Shown: piece by piece, positions 21,701-36,647 of the stretch
Position numbering within the stretch: position 1 is the stretch's first letter
How the letters are laid out: each line of letters begins with the position of its first letter
NCBI RefSeq assembly: GCF_022045235.1
Contig: NW_027266273.1
Coordinates: forward strand, 18,166,001-18,230,000
Source of the DNA: Haliotis cracherodii
Taxonomy: Eukaryota
Length of the DNA stretch: 64,000 bases
Direction of reading: 5' to 3'
The notes under the pieces: generated by a model
What the model saw: the letters and a program-made list of their open reading frames with translations, nothing else
Databases searched by the model: none
What the model was told of the DNA's origin: nothing
Program-made: the position numbers and the translations under genes

Positions 21701-23574
21701 CGCTGATAGTACTGATGTGTGGTTTCAGCGATTTCCTTTCTCAGTTACATTCTGGCCATATATGTGACATTATCAGATTTGTCACTTTTACCAAATTCTA
21801 TGATCAAACAATAATGTTGTGTTGCCAACATGTAATGTTCTTGTTATTTGAAGCCTTGTTAGTAACTACACGCAGCTACAAACTTACATGTATCGTTAAG
21901 TTTATTCCAATTCTGTTTCCTATTTTTCAGTTTGTGTATTCTACCAATGAAAACAGCATGCACTGACACACTCAGAAAGACATTGGCCAACAGGCTGGTG
22001 GCACTTTAATGGGTTTTGGTAGCAATATGTAATGGTAACACCATGAGAAGCCTCTGCACTGATAACATTGCTACGTATAGGGGTGTTGTCTCAATAGAAA
22101 CACAGCTCAAGATCCACATTTTCCATGATTCTGAACACAGTATCAGTGAAGCAATCCACACCTAATATAGTTGGGTTCAGGCAGTCAGAGAGTTCCAGAT
22201 GATATTAAGGCATCACAGGGGCACTAAGATATTATGTCAAGCCACACACACGTCAGGCAACGGGCATCCATGTTGTCCTAGGACCCTGTAGAAATTCTTA
22301 AGGCATGGCTTCTTGAGGCATGGTATCCGTTTCGCAATCTATTAAAGCAAGGGAATCCAGGGTCCACCTACACAGAACAATCTCAGCGCTACAATTATTG
22401 TAACTCCTTACGATCGCGATCTTAGGCTTCGGCTACAATCACCATCCTCTTGCCCAACGCAGTTGTAGGCTGAGATTATTGTAAGCTACAATCGAAATTT
22501 ACAATAACTATTGAGTCGATAGCTAAAAGTATCAGTCTCAACTGACTCAATGCTGAAAGAAGTTTGAAACAACTACTCAAGAGATAAATAAAAACGTAAG
22601 TTGTCTGCAAGCGATTACTAACGCCCGTGTCCTTTTGGATAACTCAAGGGCGGGTTATCTTAGTTAATACTCTAGATGGGAGTGGTTTCCCTTTGTATAC
22701 GCCGTATAAGTTGAGGAGCAAAACCATACATTTTATATCATAAATCGAGTGGGACGAGGGGCGAACGGTTAATATATATTATTTTTTCAAAATATACTAT
22801 TCACCAAATAAGAAATGCATTTGTTAAGGCAATTGAATCTTGTGTTAAATAACACAAAATAAGATAAATGTAAATATTACCCATATATATATTGGCTACT
22901 CTCTCACAACTTCGGTCAGAAGGTTTCGAATTTACACTGAATTTATACTGAATGCCCAGAGTATTTCAGGGAGATGAAACAGCCTAGTGGAGTCACAAAG
23001 TGTGAAGTCTTTTCATTGGATCCACGAGATACGGCTGAAATAGTTTTAAAAAGCAGAATTTACCCTACCTCACTCACAAGTTGTTTCTTTGTGAAAACAC
23101 CAAATTCTACCCTTACCGTTATCAATGTTCTCGTGTGTGAACTAGATGTCAGGCGTTTCCCATATGTGTTAGAGGTCTAGCTGTATATAAGTTACAGTAA
23201 CATGTGCTACGGTTTGAGCATTTAGGTCAACTTCAGGTACTTCAAACAATTCTATCCCATTATCAGGAAACGTACATCACTTTCGTACTTGGGTACTATT
23301 CGCTGTTGGATTCTATACATTGCTACAGCAACATCGGGTTAGGTATGTTATGGTGTGTTCTGTGAGAAATGTTTTTCAATTGTTATGCTTCTTACCAACA
23401 CAGAAAACGAATTTAGATGCGAACAGAATTAACCTTCGTAAGACTGGATATTCTGTTTGACCTCTTACTAGCTCTAGTGTGTTATTAAACGCATTGTTGT
23501 GTGCATAAGATCGAGAGAGTAATCTTCACACCAAAACATAACTGGAATACTAGTACTTGTTTGACATTGTTGAC

Positions 23575-23580
23575 TTTATT
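23575..23580 (-). promoter_or_regulatory. Probable polyadenylation signal (AATAAA) of lectin copy 2
   Basis: About 240 nt after the stop. Positionally conserved in copies 3-7, and present as ATTAAA at 16639-16644 in copy 1. Confidence 0.55.
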
Positions 23581-23820
23581 CACGACAAATACAGACATTG
23601 TGTTTGGAAAGCTTAAGGTAGCCTCTGAACAGTGTTAAGGTGGTTGTTGTAAGTGTTTTGCACAATACTGAACATAATGGGTACAAGACTCGTTATCACG
23701 CTTTCTGTGCTATATAATATATCACTACCCTGTTTGTAGAAACAGAATTGTAACGCTCCATCTTCAGACATGGTTGGTAGTTCATATATTATATTCAATA
23801 CATACATAATACATGAGCAT

Positions 23821-26800
23821 CTATTTGCACCAAGGTGCATCGTCATTCACCTCAACGTCAATCTCACAGAGAGCATTTAACTTCCCATTTACGCCATAGG
23901 CACCCCATATGCCCAAAACAAACATTTTGCCATAAATCTGACCAGTTGCATTCTCCATTGTGGGGTTCCAGTTGCTGTAGGACCAAAGAGGCTGTCCGTT
24001 TGTCCAGCGCCATGCAACATCGATGTTAGCACGTTCCAGACCGATCCACACAGTTCTGTCTGTAGACATGAAAACAGTCGTGCTGTGAATTTGTGATTTA
24101 ATGCCCATATTGTGTTGTAGATATAAAGGAACATGCATGAAATCCATGCCATGGTACCAGGTAACCATTGAATGAATTAATGCAAATCGCCCACCTTAGA
24201 AATCGTACACTCATACCACATAGAAAAATATTGTAAGATTTTGTTTTTCGCCACAGTCAGCAACATCATAACGAACAAGGTCTACTTGGTAATTACATTT
24301 GTGACACACGTGCACCTTGTAGATTAACATGACGTGACATAATAAGTCAAAACATGAGCACGTGTCACGAGGGTATTGACAACCATTCTCTGTGAAAGAA
24401 AACAACGTGCGTCAGGATTGTCCCATTGAGTTCCGTCTGTATATTAAATAACAGCGCACTCAGCACTTATGCACAGGGAATGCAGCACTATACAACTGCA
24501 TATATTATCATCCTCAAAACTTACAGATTAAATTTTTTTAAATGAAGCAAAGAGGGTTTGTGTGATCCTGGCACGGTCAGGCAGGCTCGTCATCAGCTCA
24601 GGGCTGACAGCGATGGGACTTCTTCCAGCGTTGTGTTGTCAAACCCACCCAGAACTTTTCGGAGAATGTGAAGACTCCCCAACACTACAGCTTTCTGCAT
24701 TACCCAGATTGTCAGAAGGGCTGTATTCATGGTAGCAAACCCGGGTACTCTCACAATGTCAGTCATGACAGACTGGGGGGTACCAAACCTAAGGCAACGA
24801 GAACAATGGGGAGTCGGGCAACGTGGTACTTGGGATGCAAGCGTGACATTTCGAAAGCAAGGTCCGCATATTTGCCATGTTTTTCCTCAATTTTGTCAAT
24901 CACATTAGTGTCAAAGGGGACAGAATTCAAGTCAATGACATAAATGATTTCATTGGATATTTCAAGAAGGACAAGAGCTGGTTTTTGACCTTGAGACGTC
25001 TAAGTCTGTAAATCGGACTATTCCAAAGAATTTTGTATTGATCATTTTCCATGACGCATTCTACATATTCCGGGTCGAACCATGGGTGGACCTCTGTGTC
25101 AAAACCACAAGCATGGCAAAGACGGTAATAAAATGATCGAGCAGCTCCATCATGTCGTTTAAGATACTGTGTTTGTGCCAAAGCTGGGCATCCACCGAGA
25201 ATGTGGCAGTCTCATTAAAATCATATCTTAATCTGCATTTCATATTTATATTTTGATGCAAAATCACACATTGACGGTTTCGAGTAGGAAGTGACTGGTC
25301 CTGAGCAGCAAACAGAAAGCCTTCTGTTTCACCTTTCAGGCTAGACGACTTCATCCAAGCAAAGGACTCTGCAGGATTGCTGATCTTCTCAACACAATGC
25401 ACATTAACTCGATGCAGTGGTCTTGATAGCCTCTCCTTAAGTCTGGGCCGACTTGATATTGCACTTCGCTTAGTGGACAATCATTTCTGTACCGTCCAGC
25501 AGAACAGAACCATCAACAAAATCAACACCGATATAGAGATCAGGTATAATTTAGAGTTGCACTTACCGTTTGCAACAATGGAAGCTTGTTTGTTGTCCTC
25601 CTCAGATCTTATGAAGGCGAGATGTCCTGAGTTCTGCAGACACAATATCTTGGCGTCTGGAAAACGCATGCTTGAAGATGTATGCCCTCTGAGACACTGG
25701 TTTGTGAAACGACTGTAGATGTAGGTGGCGGGACAAGCACCTGGAAGAAGACAGTCGGCACTGACTGACTGTATATCGGTGAAACCCCATATAGTTTATA
25801 AACACTAGATTAATTAGTTTCATTCATTTAAGTAAGGCACATATTTGTATTTTAGACGCATTTTAGACACACAATGCATTGCTAATATATTGTTACGAAT
25901 GGTATGTTTCATTTGTTGAATGGCTGAACGGCAATACGAGTTAACAAAGTCCAGACATTTCATACTGATTATCATGGGTCTGTCATTTGCGTGTGCGCCA
26001 GATGCCTAAAATGATGAAAATCCTTTATTGGAACATAAATGTACGTTTTAACTTCGGGAGACATTAGAATTCGGTATGTTCTTTTAACAGTCCTTTTTTA
26101 CAGTATGTCCTTGTTTTTAGTCTAGACTTGATAAACTATCTTAGAAAGTTTGCTGAATTGAAAAGTGCAGGTTCTGTTCATGAGAATCATGATCTAATAA
26201 TCAGGATTACATCTGAACTCTTACAATCATTTTGATGAGCCTCTTTGTGTCTGAGGAGATAATGCTTAAAATTTTCCAAAATTGAAGAACACGTCTTCAT
26301 TTTTTGCTAAAAATGATAGAATTGTTGTTTCTTATAATAAGACGATTCTCAAATATTTTCAATGTTACATTATTCTTTTCACATTTTACTGGCATGAACA
26401 AATCTGAAACCAAAGCTGCTGCAGATCACCATATCAATGGCTAACATTCCTGGACCTTGCGGTTTCTTGGCAGGATATTTTCACAAAGTGTCGCTAATAT
26501 TTCTTCAGCAGGAGTGCAAGTGAAGACGTTAACTAACGGACGGATTGAAGGAGAGAGGACGGATAACACACTTAAACCTTTTGCATATTTGATAGAACGC
26601 ATCTGTGGGAGGTCACTTAAACTTGTCGTATATCTGATGAAGTGTTACTAAGTTGAATCATAAGCTACAATTTCTATAGAGAAATTAAATCAAGCGTGTT
26701 TATGTCTCGTATCCAGAAGGTAACAACAACCACCTGTCATCCTGTATCAACAGGGTGTTGCAAAGGCTACTTCGGGCATTCAGAAAACATGCTAGACTGT

Positions 26801-27369
26801 GTTTTTGATGAACGCGATAATGACAATAGAAGTTTAAAAAGTCATATTAAAGCTTCAGCCCATTTTCAATGGTTTAAAAAATACCCTCCATGTATCTTTC
26901 CCTTGTTGATTAAGACCAACATAGACCACAGGTGTTCATTCAGATACTGCGTTTCAAGGCCACGTGAAGAGGACAGGGAGAAATGAGAGGTAGAAATGAA
27001 ATGAGTTATTAAAAAAGTACTTTCAGTGACGTAGTTTAGCTTCATCTTTTTTTCCAACAATTTGATGTGAACGTTTCAGTAGAAAATGTTAACAATTGTG
27101 AAGTAAAAGAATACAATTTGGAAGATGACACACTTACTGTTTCTCAGAGAATAGTATTGAACACCACTCCGACCCTGGAGCTGGTGACTTGCAACGTACA
27201 CAAACTTCTCCAGGTAGCACTCATGAGTGTTGATGTCATAAAAGAATGAGGAGCAGTTTGGATGGTTTCCACAGGCGTGTGCGCATCCTTCTTTGAGGGT
27301 TACACCAGGCAAGATTGGGCCAATGTTAGCCACGATGTACCCAGTGAAGAACAAGGAGAATGTGAACAT
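23821..27369 (-). CDS. PAN-CTLD protein, copy 2
   Basis: Exons 27138-27369, 25567-25740, 23821-24059; splice sites and frame intact; ends NDDAPWCK*. Confidence 0.85.
24520..25538 (-). mobile_element. 5'-truncated R4/Dong-like (RLE-type) non-LTR retrotransposon in intron 2 of copy 2
   Basis: LKGETEGFLFAAQDQSLPTRN, a zinc-knuckle remnant (KCRL...ET..HILGGCP), YLKRHD, ENDQYKILW, and EEKHGKYAD...PIVLGALG; frameshifted. Confidence 0.8.
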
Positions 27370-30230
27370 GGTGGCGTCATGTGCAGCAACGACTTAAGGT
27401 TCTCATATGCTGTGGCCTAAGTAGTAAAGTACATCACACAGCTTGATATTGACTATATTTGTGTTTTCAGTAACGAGATAAATGCCGTTTTCGCTGAGAG
27501 TCCATTTAATTTCATATCGGAAATAGGATGTTTGAAAGCAAACATCAGGCAAAGTGAAAAATAGATGTCTCAATTGATCAAGAGTTAAGTGTATTTTTTA
27601 TTGTTATATATTACCCAGGCAACATGGCAACATCCATGTTTTTACCTTTTTATATCTACAAACCATATCAACTTTCAGCAATAGTTAATGAACTACTGGA
27701 TCATTTGCTTTTTTTTGTTGATAATGGAGATTGGTTATGCTCAGGCGTTGACGTTTTTTAAATTTACTGGGTCGATGTTTCTATATGGTGGTGTATATGT
27801 GGTTCCCACGAGGATGCCTACTGCTTGCCTATGTGTCTTGCACTAAGATTTTACATAGATGTTATCAGCTTGTTTTCTCAGTAAACATAAGATGACATTA
27901 GTTTTTGGATAGGTTGTCCTGATCATTGAAGATAGATGGCGCAAATGCAACCAAATCCTTTGAGTGTTTAAGAATCAACATGGTCTTAATTACACTAACC
28001 TTCTGTGAATATTGACAGAGCCGTTCCTTGATTGCAATATGTATTATTGTTAATGCGGGAGACACGGTTCTCTTTTTGTACAGACTTCTATGGACTTTAG
28101 AAATCCAGGCCAACCGCTGATAGTACTGATGCGTGGTTTCAGCGATTTCCTTTCTCAGCTACATTCTGGCCATATATGTGACATTATCAGATTTGTCACT
28201 TTTACCAAATTCTATGATCAAACAATAATGTTGTGTTGCCAACATGTAATGTTCTTGTTATTTGAAGCCTTGTTAGTAACTACATGCAGCTACAAACTTA
28301 CATGTATCGTTAAGTTTATTCCAATTCTGTTTCCTATTTTTCAGTTTGTGTATTCTACCAATGAAAACAGCATGCACTGACACACTCAGAAAGACATTGG
28401 CCAACAGGCTGGTGGCACTTTAATGGGTTTTGGTAGCAATATATAATGGTAACACCATGAGAAGCCTCTGCACTGATAACATTGCTACGTATAGGGGTGT
28501 TGTCTCAATAGAAACACAGCTCAAGATCCACATTTTCCATGATTCTGAATACAGTATCAGTGAAGCAATCCACACCTAATATAGTTGGGTTCAGGCAGTC
28601 AGAGAGTTCCAGATGATATTAAGGCATCACAGGGGCACTAAGATATTATGTCAAGTCACACACACGTCAGGCAACGGGCATCCATGTTGTCCTAGGACCC
28701 TGTAGAAATTCTTAAGGCATGGCTTCTTGAGGCATGGTATCCGTTTCGCAATCTATTAAAGCAAGGGAATCCAGGGTCCACCTACACAGAACAATCTCAG
28801 CGCTACAATTATTGTAACTCCTTACGATCGCGATCGCTTCGGCTACAATCACCATCCTCTTGCCCAACGCAGTTGTAGGCTGAGATCATTGTAAGCTACA
28901 ATCGAAATTTACAATAACTATTGAGTCGATAGCTAAAAGTATCAATCTCAACTGACTCAATGCTGAAAGAAGTTTGAAACAACTACTCAAGAGATAAATA
29001 AAAACGTAAGTTGTCTGAAAGCGATTACTAACGCCTGTGTCCTTTTGGATAACTCAAGGGCGGGTTATCTTAGTTAATACTCTAGATGGGAGTGGTTTCC
29101 CTTTGTATACGCCGTATAAGTTGAAGAGCAAAACCATACATTTTATATCTAAAATCGAGTGGGACGAGGGGCGAACGGTTATGCTATATTATTTTTTCAA
29201 AATATACTATTCACCAAATAAGAAATGCATTTGTTAAGGCAATTGAATCTTGTGTTAAATAACACAAAATAAGATAAATGTAATTATTACCCATATATAT
29301 ATTGGCTACTCTCTCACAACTTCGGTCAGGAGGTTTCGAATTTACACTGAATTTATACTGAATGCCCAGAGTATTTCTGGGAGATGAAACAGCCTAGTGG
29401 AGTCACAAAGTGTGAAGTCTTTTCATTGGATCCACGAGATACGGCTGAAATAGTTTTAAAAAGCAGAATTTACCCTACCTCACTCACAAGTTGTTTCTTT
29501 GTGAAAACACCAAATTCTACCCTTACCGTTATCAATGTTCTCGTGTGTGAACTAGATGTCAGGCGTTTCCCATATGTGTTAGAGGTCTAACTGTATATAC
29601 GTTACAGTAACATGAGCTACGGTTTGAGCATTTAGGTCAACTTCAGGTACTACAAACAATTCTATCCCATTATCAGGAAACGTACATCACTTTCGTACTT
29701 GGGTACTATTCGCTGTTGGATTCTATACATTGCTACAGCAACATCGGGTTAGGTATGTTATGGTGTGTTCTGTTAGAAATGTTTTTCAATTGTTATGCTT
29801 CTTACCAACACAGAAAACGAATTTAGATGCGAACAGAATTAACCTTCGTAAGACTGGATATTCTGTTTGACCTCTTACTAGCTCTAGTGTGTTATTAAAC
29901 GCATTGTTGTGTGCATAAGATCGAGAGAGTAATCTTCACACCAAAACATAACTGGAATACTAGTACTTGTTTGACATTGTTGACTTTATTCACAACAAAT
30001 ACAGACATTGCGTTTGGAAAGCTTAAGGTAGCCTCTGAACAGTGTTAAGGTGGTTGTTGTAAGTGTTTTGCACAATACTGAACATAATGGGTACAAGACT
30101 CGTTATCATGCTTTCTGTGCTATGTGATATATCACTACCCTGTTTGTAGAAACAGAATTGTAACGCTCCATCTTCAGACATGGTTGGTAGTTCATATATT
30201 ATATTCAATACATACATAATACATGAGCAT

Positions 30231-33200
30231 CTATTTGCACCAAGGTGCATCGTCATTCACCTCAACGTCAATCTCACAGAGAGCATTTAACTTCCCATTT
30301 ACGCCACAGGCACCCCATATGCCCAAAACAAACATTTTGCCATAAATCTGACCAGTTGCATTCTCCATTGTGGGGTTCCAGTTGCTGTAGGACCAAAGAG
30401 GCTGTCCGTTTGTCCAGCGCCATGCAACATCGATGTTAGCACGTTCCAGACCGATCCACACAGTTCTGTCTGTAGACATGAAAACAGTCGTGCTGTGAAT
30501 TTGTGATTTAATGCCCATATTGTGTTGTAGATATAAAGGAACATGCATGAAATCCATGCCATGGTACCAGGTAACCATTGAATGAATTAATGCAAATCGC
30601 CCACCTTAGAAATCGTACACTCATACCACATAGAAAAATATTGTAAGATTTTGTTTTTCGCCACAGTCAGCAACATCATAACGAACAAGGTCTACTTGGT
30701 AATTACATTTGTGACACACGTGCACCTTGTAGATTATCATGACGTGACATAATAAGTCAAAACATGAGCACGTGTCACGAGGGTATTGACAACCATTCTC
30801 TGTGAAAGAAAACAACGTGCGTCAGGATTGTCCCATTGAGTTCCGTCTGTATATTAAATAACAGCGCACTCAGCACTTATGCACAGGGAATGCAGCACTA
30901 TACAACTGCATATATTATCATCCTCAAAACTTACAGATTAAATTTTTTTTAAATGAAGCAAAGAGGGTTTGTGTGATCCTGGCACGGTCAGGCAGGCTCG
31001 TCATCAGCTCAGGGCTGACAGCGATGGGACTTCTTCCAGCATTGTGTTGTCAAACCCACCCAGAACTTTTCGGAGAATGTGAAGACTCCCCAACACTACA
31101 GCTTTCTGCATTACCCAGATTGTCAGAAGGGCTGTATTCATGGTAGCAAACCCGGGTACTCTCACAATGTCAGTCATGACAGATTGGGGGGTACCAAACC
31201 TAAGGCAATGAGAACAATGGGGAGTCGGGCAACGTGGTACTTGGGATGCAAGCGTGACATTTCGAAAGCAAGGTCCGCATATTTGCCATGTTTTTCCTCA
31301 ATTTTGTCAATCACATTAGTGTCAAAGGGGACAGAATTCAAGTCAATGATATAAATGATTTCATTGGATATTTCAAGAAGGACAAGAGCTGGTTTTTGAC
31401 CTGGAGACGTCTAAGTCTGTAAATCGGACTATTCCAAAGAATTTTGTATTGATCATTTTCCATGACACATTCTACATATTCTGGGTCGAACCATGGGTGG
31501 ACCTCTGTGTCAAAACCACAAGCATGGCGAAGACGGTAATAAAATGATCGAGCAACTCCATCATGTCGTTTAAGATACTGTGTTTGTGCCAAAGCTGGGC
31601 ATCCACCGAGAATGTGGCAGTCTCATTAAAATCATATCTTAATCTGCATTTCATATTTATATTTTGATGCAAAATCACACATTGACGGTTTCGAGTAGGA
31701 AGTGACTGGTCCTGGGCAGCAAACAGAAAGCCTTCTGTTTCACCTTTCAGGCTAGACGACTTCATCCAAGCAAAGGACTCTGCAGGATTGCTGATCTTCT
31801 CAACACAATGCACATTAACTCGATGCAGTGGTCTTGATAGCCTCTCCTTAAGTCTGGGCCGACTTGATATTGCACTTCGCTTAGTGGACAATCATTTCTG
31901 TACCGTCCAGCAGAACAGAACCATCAACAAAATCAACACCGATATAGAGATCAGGTATAATTTAGAGTTGCACTTACCGTTTGCAACAATGGAAGCTTGT
32001 TTGTTGTCCTCCTCAGATCTTATGAAGGCGAGATGTCCTGAGTTCTGCAGACACAATATCTTGGCGTCTGGAAAACGCATGCTTGAAGATGTATGCCCTC
32101 TGAGACACTGGTTTGTGAAACGACTGTAGATGTAGGTGGCGGGACAAGCACCTGGAAGAAGACAGTCGGCACTGACTGACTGTATATCGGTGAAACCCCA
32201 TATAGTTTATAAACACTAGATTAATTAGTTTCATTCATTTAAGTAAGGCACATATTTGTATTTTAGACGCATTTTAGACACACAATGCATTGCTAATATA
32301 TTGTTACGAATGGTATGTTTCATTTATTGAATGGCTGAACGGCAATACGAGTTAACAAAGTCCAGACATTTCATACTGATTATCATGGGTCTGTCATTTG
32401 CGTGTGCGCCAGATGCCTAAAATGATGAAAATCCTTTATTGGAACATAAATGTACGTTTTAACTTCGGGAGACATTAGAATTCGGTATGTTCTTTTAACA
32501 GTCCTTTTTAACAGTATGTCCTTGTTTTTTAGTCTAGACTTGATAAACTAACTTAGAAAGTTTGCTGAATTGAAAAGTGCAGGTTCTGTTCATGAGAATC
32601 ATGATCTAATAATCAGGATTACATCTGAACTCTTACAATCATTTTGATGAGCCTCTTTGTGTCTGAGGAGATAATGCTTAAAATTTTCCAAAATTGAAGA
32701 ACACGTCTTCATTTTTTGCTAAAAATGATAGAATTGTTGTTTCTTATAATAAGACGATTCTCAAATATTTTCAATGTTACATTATTCTTTTCACATTTTA
32801 CTGGCATGAACAAATCTGAAACCAAAGCTGCTGCAGATCACCATATCAATGGCTAACATTCCTGGACCTTGCGGTTTCTTGGCAGGATATTTTCACAAAG
32901 TGTCGCTAATATTTCTTCAGCGGGAGTGCAAGTGAAGACGTTAACTAACGGACGGATTGAGGGAGAGAGGACGGATAACACACTTAAACCTTTTGCATAT
33001 TTGATAGAACGCATCTGTGGGAGGTCACTTAAACTTGTCGTATATCTGATGAAGTGTTACTAAGTTGAATCATAAGCTACAATTTCTATAGAGAAATTAA
33101 ATCAAGCGTGTTTATGTCTCGTATCCAGAAGGTAACAACAACCACCTGTCATCCTGTATCAACAGGGTGTTGCAAAGGCTACTTCGGGCATTCAGAAAAC

Positions 33201-33782
33201 ATGCTAGACTGTGTTTTTGATGAACGCGACAATGACAATAGAAGTTTAAAAAGTCATATTAAAGCTTCAGCCCATTTTCAATGGTTTAAAAAATACCCTC
33301 CATGTATCTTTCCCTTGTTGATTAAGACCGACATAGACCGCAGGTGTTCATTCAGATACTGCGTTTCAAGGCCACGTGAAGAGGACAGGGAGAAATGAGA
33401 GGTAGAAATGAAATGAGTTATTAAAAAAGTACTTTCAGTGAGGTAGTTTAGCTTCACCTTTTTTTCCAACAATTTGATGTGAACGTTTCAGTAGAAAATG
33501 TTAACAATTGTGAAGTAAAAGAATACAATTTTGGAAGATAACACACTTACTGTTTCTCAGAGAATAGTATTGAACACCACTCCGACCCTGGAGCTGGTGA
33601 CTTGCAACGTACACAAACTTCTCCAGGTAGCACTCATGAGTGTTGATGTCATAAAAGAATGAGGAGCAGTTTGGATGGTTTACACAGGCGTGTGCGCATC
33701 CTTCTTTGAGGGTGACACCAGGCAAGATTGGTCCAATGTTAGCCACGATGTACCCAGTGAAGAACAAGGAGAATGTGAACAT
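30231..33782 (-). CDS. PAN-CTLD protein, copy 3
   Basis: Exons 33551-33782, 31978-32151, 30231-30469; intact; private Y>C change (WGACGV). Confidence 0.85.
30930..31949 (-). mobile_element. R4/Dong-like remnant, copy 3 intron 2
   Basis: Co-amplified copy of 24520-25538. Confidence 0.8.
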
Positions 33783-36647
33783 GGTGGCGTCATGTGCAGC
33801 AACGACTTAAGGTTCTCATATGCTGTGGCCTAAGTAGTAAAGTACATCACACAGCTTGATATTGACTATATTTGTGTTTCCATTAACGAGATAAATGCCG
33901 TTTTCGCTGAGAGTCCATTTAATTTCATATCGGAAATAGGATGTTTGAAAGCAAACATCAGGCAAAGTGAAAAATAGATGTCTCAATTGATCAAGAGTTA
34001 AGTGTATTTTTTATTGTTATATATTACCCAGGCAACATGGCAACATCCATGCTTTTACCTTTTTATATCTACAAACCATATCAACTTTCAGCAATAGTTA
34101 ATGAACTACTGGATCATTTGCTTTTTTTGTTGATAATGGAGATTGGTTATGCTCAGGCGTTGACGTTTTTTTAAATTTACTGGGTCAATGTTTCTATATG
34201 GTGGTGTCTATATGGTTCCCACGAGGATGCCTACTGCTTGCCTATATGTCTTGCACCAAGATTTTACATAGATGTTATCAGCTTGTTTTCTCAGTAAACA
34301 TAAGGTGACATTAGTTTTTGGATAGGTTGTCCTGATCATTGAAGATAGATGGCGCAAATGCAACCAAATCCTTTGAGTGTTTAAGAATCAACATGGTCTT
34401 AATTACACTAACCTTCTGTGAATATTGACAGATCCGTTCCTTGATTGCAATATGTATTATTGTTGATGCGGGAGACACGGTTCTCTTTTTGTACAGACTT
34501 CTCTGGACTTTAGAAATCCAGGCTAACCGCTGATAGTACTGATGCGTGGTTTCAGCGATTTCCTTTCTCAGTTACATTCTGGCCATATATGTGACATTAT
34601 CAGATTTGTCACTTTTACCAAATTCTATGATCAAACAATAATGTTGTGTTGCCAACATGTAATGTTCTTGTTATTTGAAGTCTTGTTAGTAACTACACGC
34701 AGCTACAAACTTTCATGTATCGTTAAGTTTATTCCAATTCTGTTTCCTATTTTTCAGTTTGTGTATTCTACCAATGAAAACAGCATGCACTGACACACTC
34801 AGAAAGACATTGGCCAACAGGCTGGTGGCACTTTAATGGGTCTTGGTAGCAACATATAATGGTAACACCATGAGAAGCCTCTGCACTGATAACATTGCTA
34901 CGTATAGGGGTGTTGTCTCAATAGAAACACAGCTCAAGATCCACATTTTCCATGATTCTGAACACAGTATCAGTGAAGCAATCCACACCTAATATAGTTG
35001 GGTTCAGGCAGTCAGAGAGTTCCAGATGATATTAAGGCATCACAGGGGCACTAAGATATTATGTCAAGCCACACACACGTCAGGCAACGGGCATCCATGT
35101 TGTCCTAGGACCCTGTAGAAATTCTTAAGGCATGGCTTCTTGAGGCATGGTATCCGTTTCGCAATCTATTAAAGCAAGGGAATCCAGGGTCCACCTACAC
35201 AGAACAATCTCAGCGCTACAATTATTGTAACTCCTTACGATCGCGATCTTAGGCTTCGGCTACAATCACCATCTTCTTGCCCAACGCAGTTGTAGGCTGA
35301 GGTCATTGTAAGCTACAATCGAAATTTACAATAACTATTGAGTCGATAGCTAAAAGTATCAATCTCAACTGACTCAATGCTGAAAGAAGTTTGAAACAAC
35401 TAATCAAGAGATAAATAAAAACGTAAGTTGTCTGAAAGCGATTACTAACGCCCGTGTCCTTTTGGATAATTCAAGGGCGGGTTATCTTAGTTAATACTCT
35501 AGATGGGAGTGGTTTCCCTTTGCATACGCCGTATAAGTTGAGGAGCAAAACCATACATTTTATATCTAAAATCGAGTGGGACGAGGGGCGAACGGTTAAT
35601 ATATATTATTTTTTCAAAATATACTATTCACCAAATAAGAAATGAATTTGTTAAGGCAATTGAATCTTGTGTTAAATAACACAAAATAAGATAAATGTAA
35701 TTATTACCCATATATATATTGGCTACTCTCTCACAACTTCGGTCAGGAGGTTTCGAATTTACACTGAATTTATACTGAATGCCCAGAGTATTTCAGGGAG
35801 ATGAAACAGCCTAGTGGAGTCACAAAGTGTGAAGTATTTTCATTGGATCCACGAGATACGGCTGAAATAGTTTTAAAAAGCAGAATTTACCCTACCTCAC
35901 TCACAAGTTGTTTCTTTGTGAAAACACCAAATTCTACCCTTACCGTTATCAATGTTCTCGTGTGTGAACTAGATGTCAGGCGTTTCCCATATGTGTTAGA
36001 GGTCTAACTGTATATACGTTACAGTAACATGAGCTACGGTTTGAGCATTTAGGTCAACTTCAGGTACTACAAACAATTCTATCCCATTATCAGGAAACGT
36101 ACATCACTTTCGTACTTGGGTACTATTCGCTGTTGGATTCTATACATTGCTACAGCAACATCGGGTTAGGTATGTTATGGTGTGTTCTGTGAGAAATGTT
36201 TTTCAATTGTTATGCTTCTTACCAACACAGAAAACGAATTTAGATGCGAACAGAATTAACCTTCGTAAGACTGGATATTCTGTTTGACCTCTTACTAGCT
36301 CTAGTGTGTTATTAAACGCATTGTTGTGTGCATAAGATCGAGAGAGTAATCTTCACACCAAAACATAACTGGAATACTAGTACTTGTTTGACATTGTTGA
36401 CTTTATTCACGACAAATACAGACATTGTGTTTGGAAAGCTTAAGGTAGCCTCTGAACAGTGTTAAGGTGGTTGTTGTAAGTGTTTTGCACAATACTGAAC
36501 ATAATGGGTACAAGACTCGTTATCATGCTTTCTGTGCTATATAATATATCACTACCCTGTTTGTAGAAACAGAATTGTAACGCTCCATCTTCAGACATGG
36601 TTGGTAGTTCATATATTATATTCAATACATACATAATACATGAGCAT

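Noticed and set aside
21676-26986. Recurrent plus-strand ORFs (MDFRNPG..., MKQPSG..., MFMSRIQ..., MLIFSTQ...)
   Set aside because: They recur only because the DNA is duplicated. They lack recognisable domains, several are broken in some units, and some are antisense to real exons or TEs.
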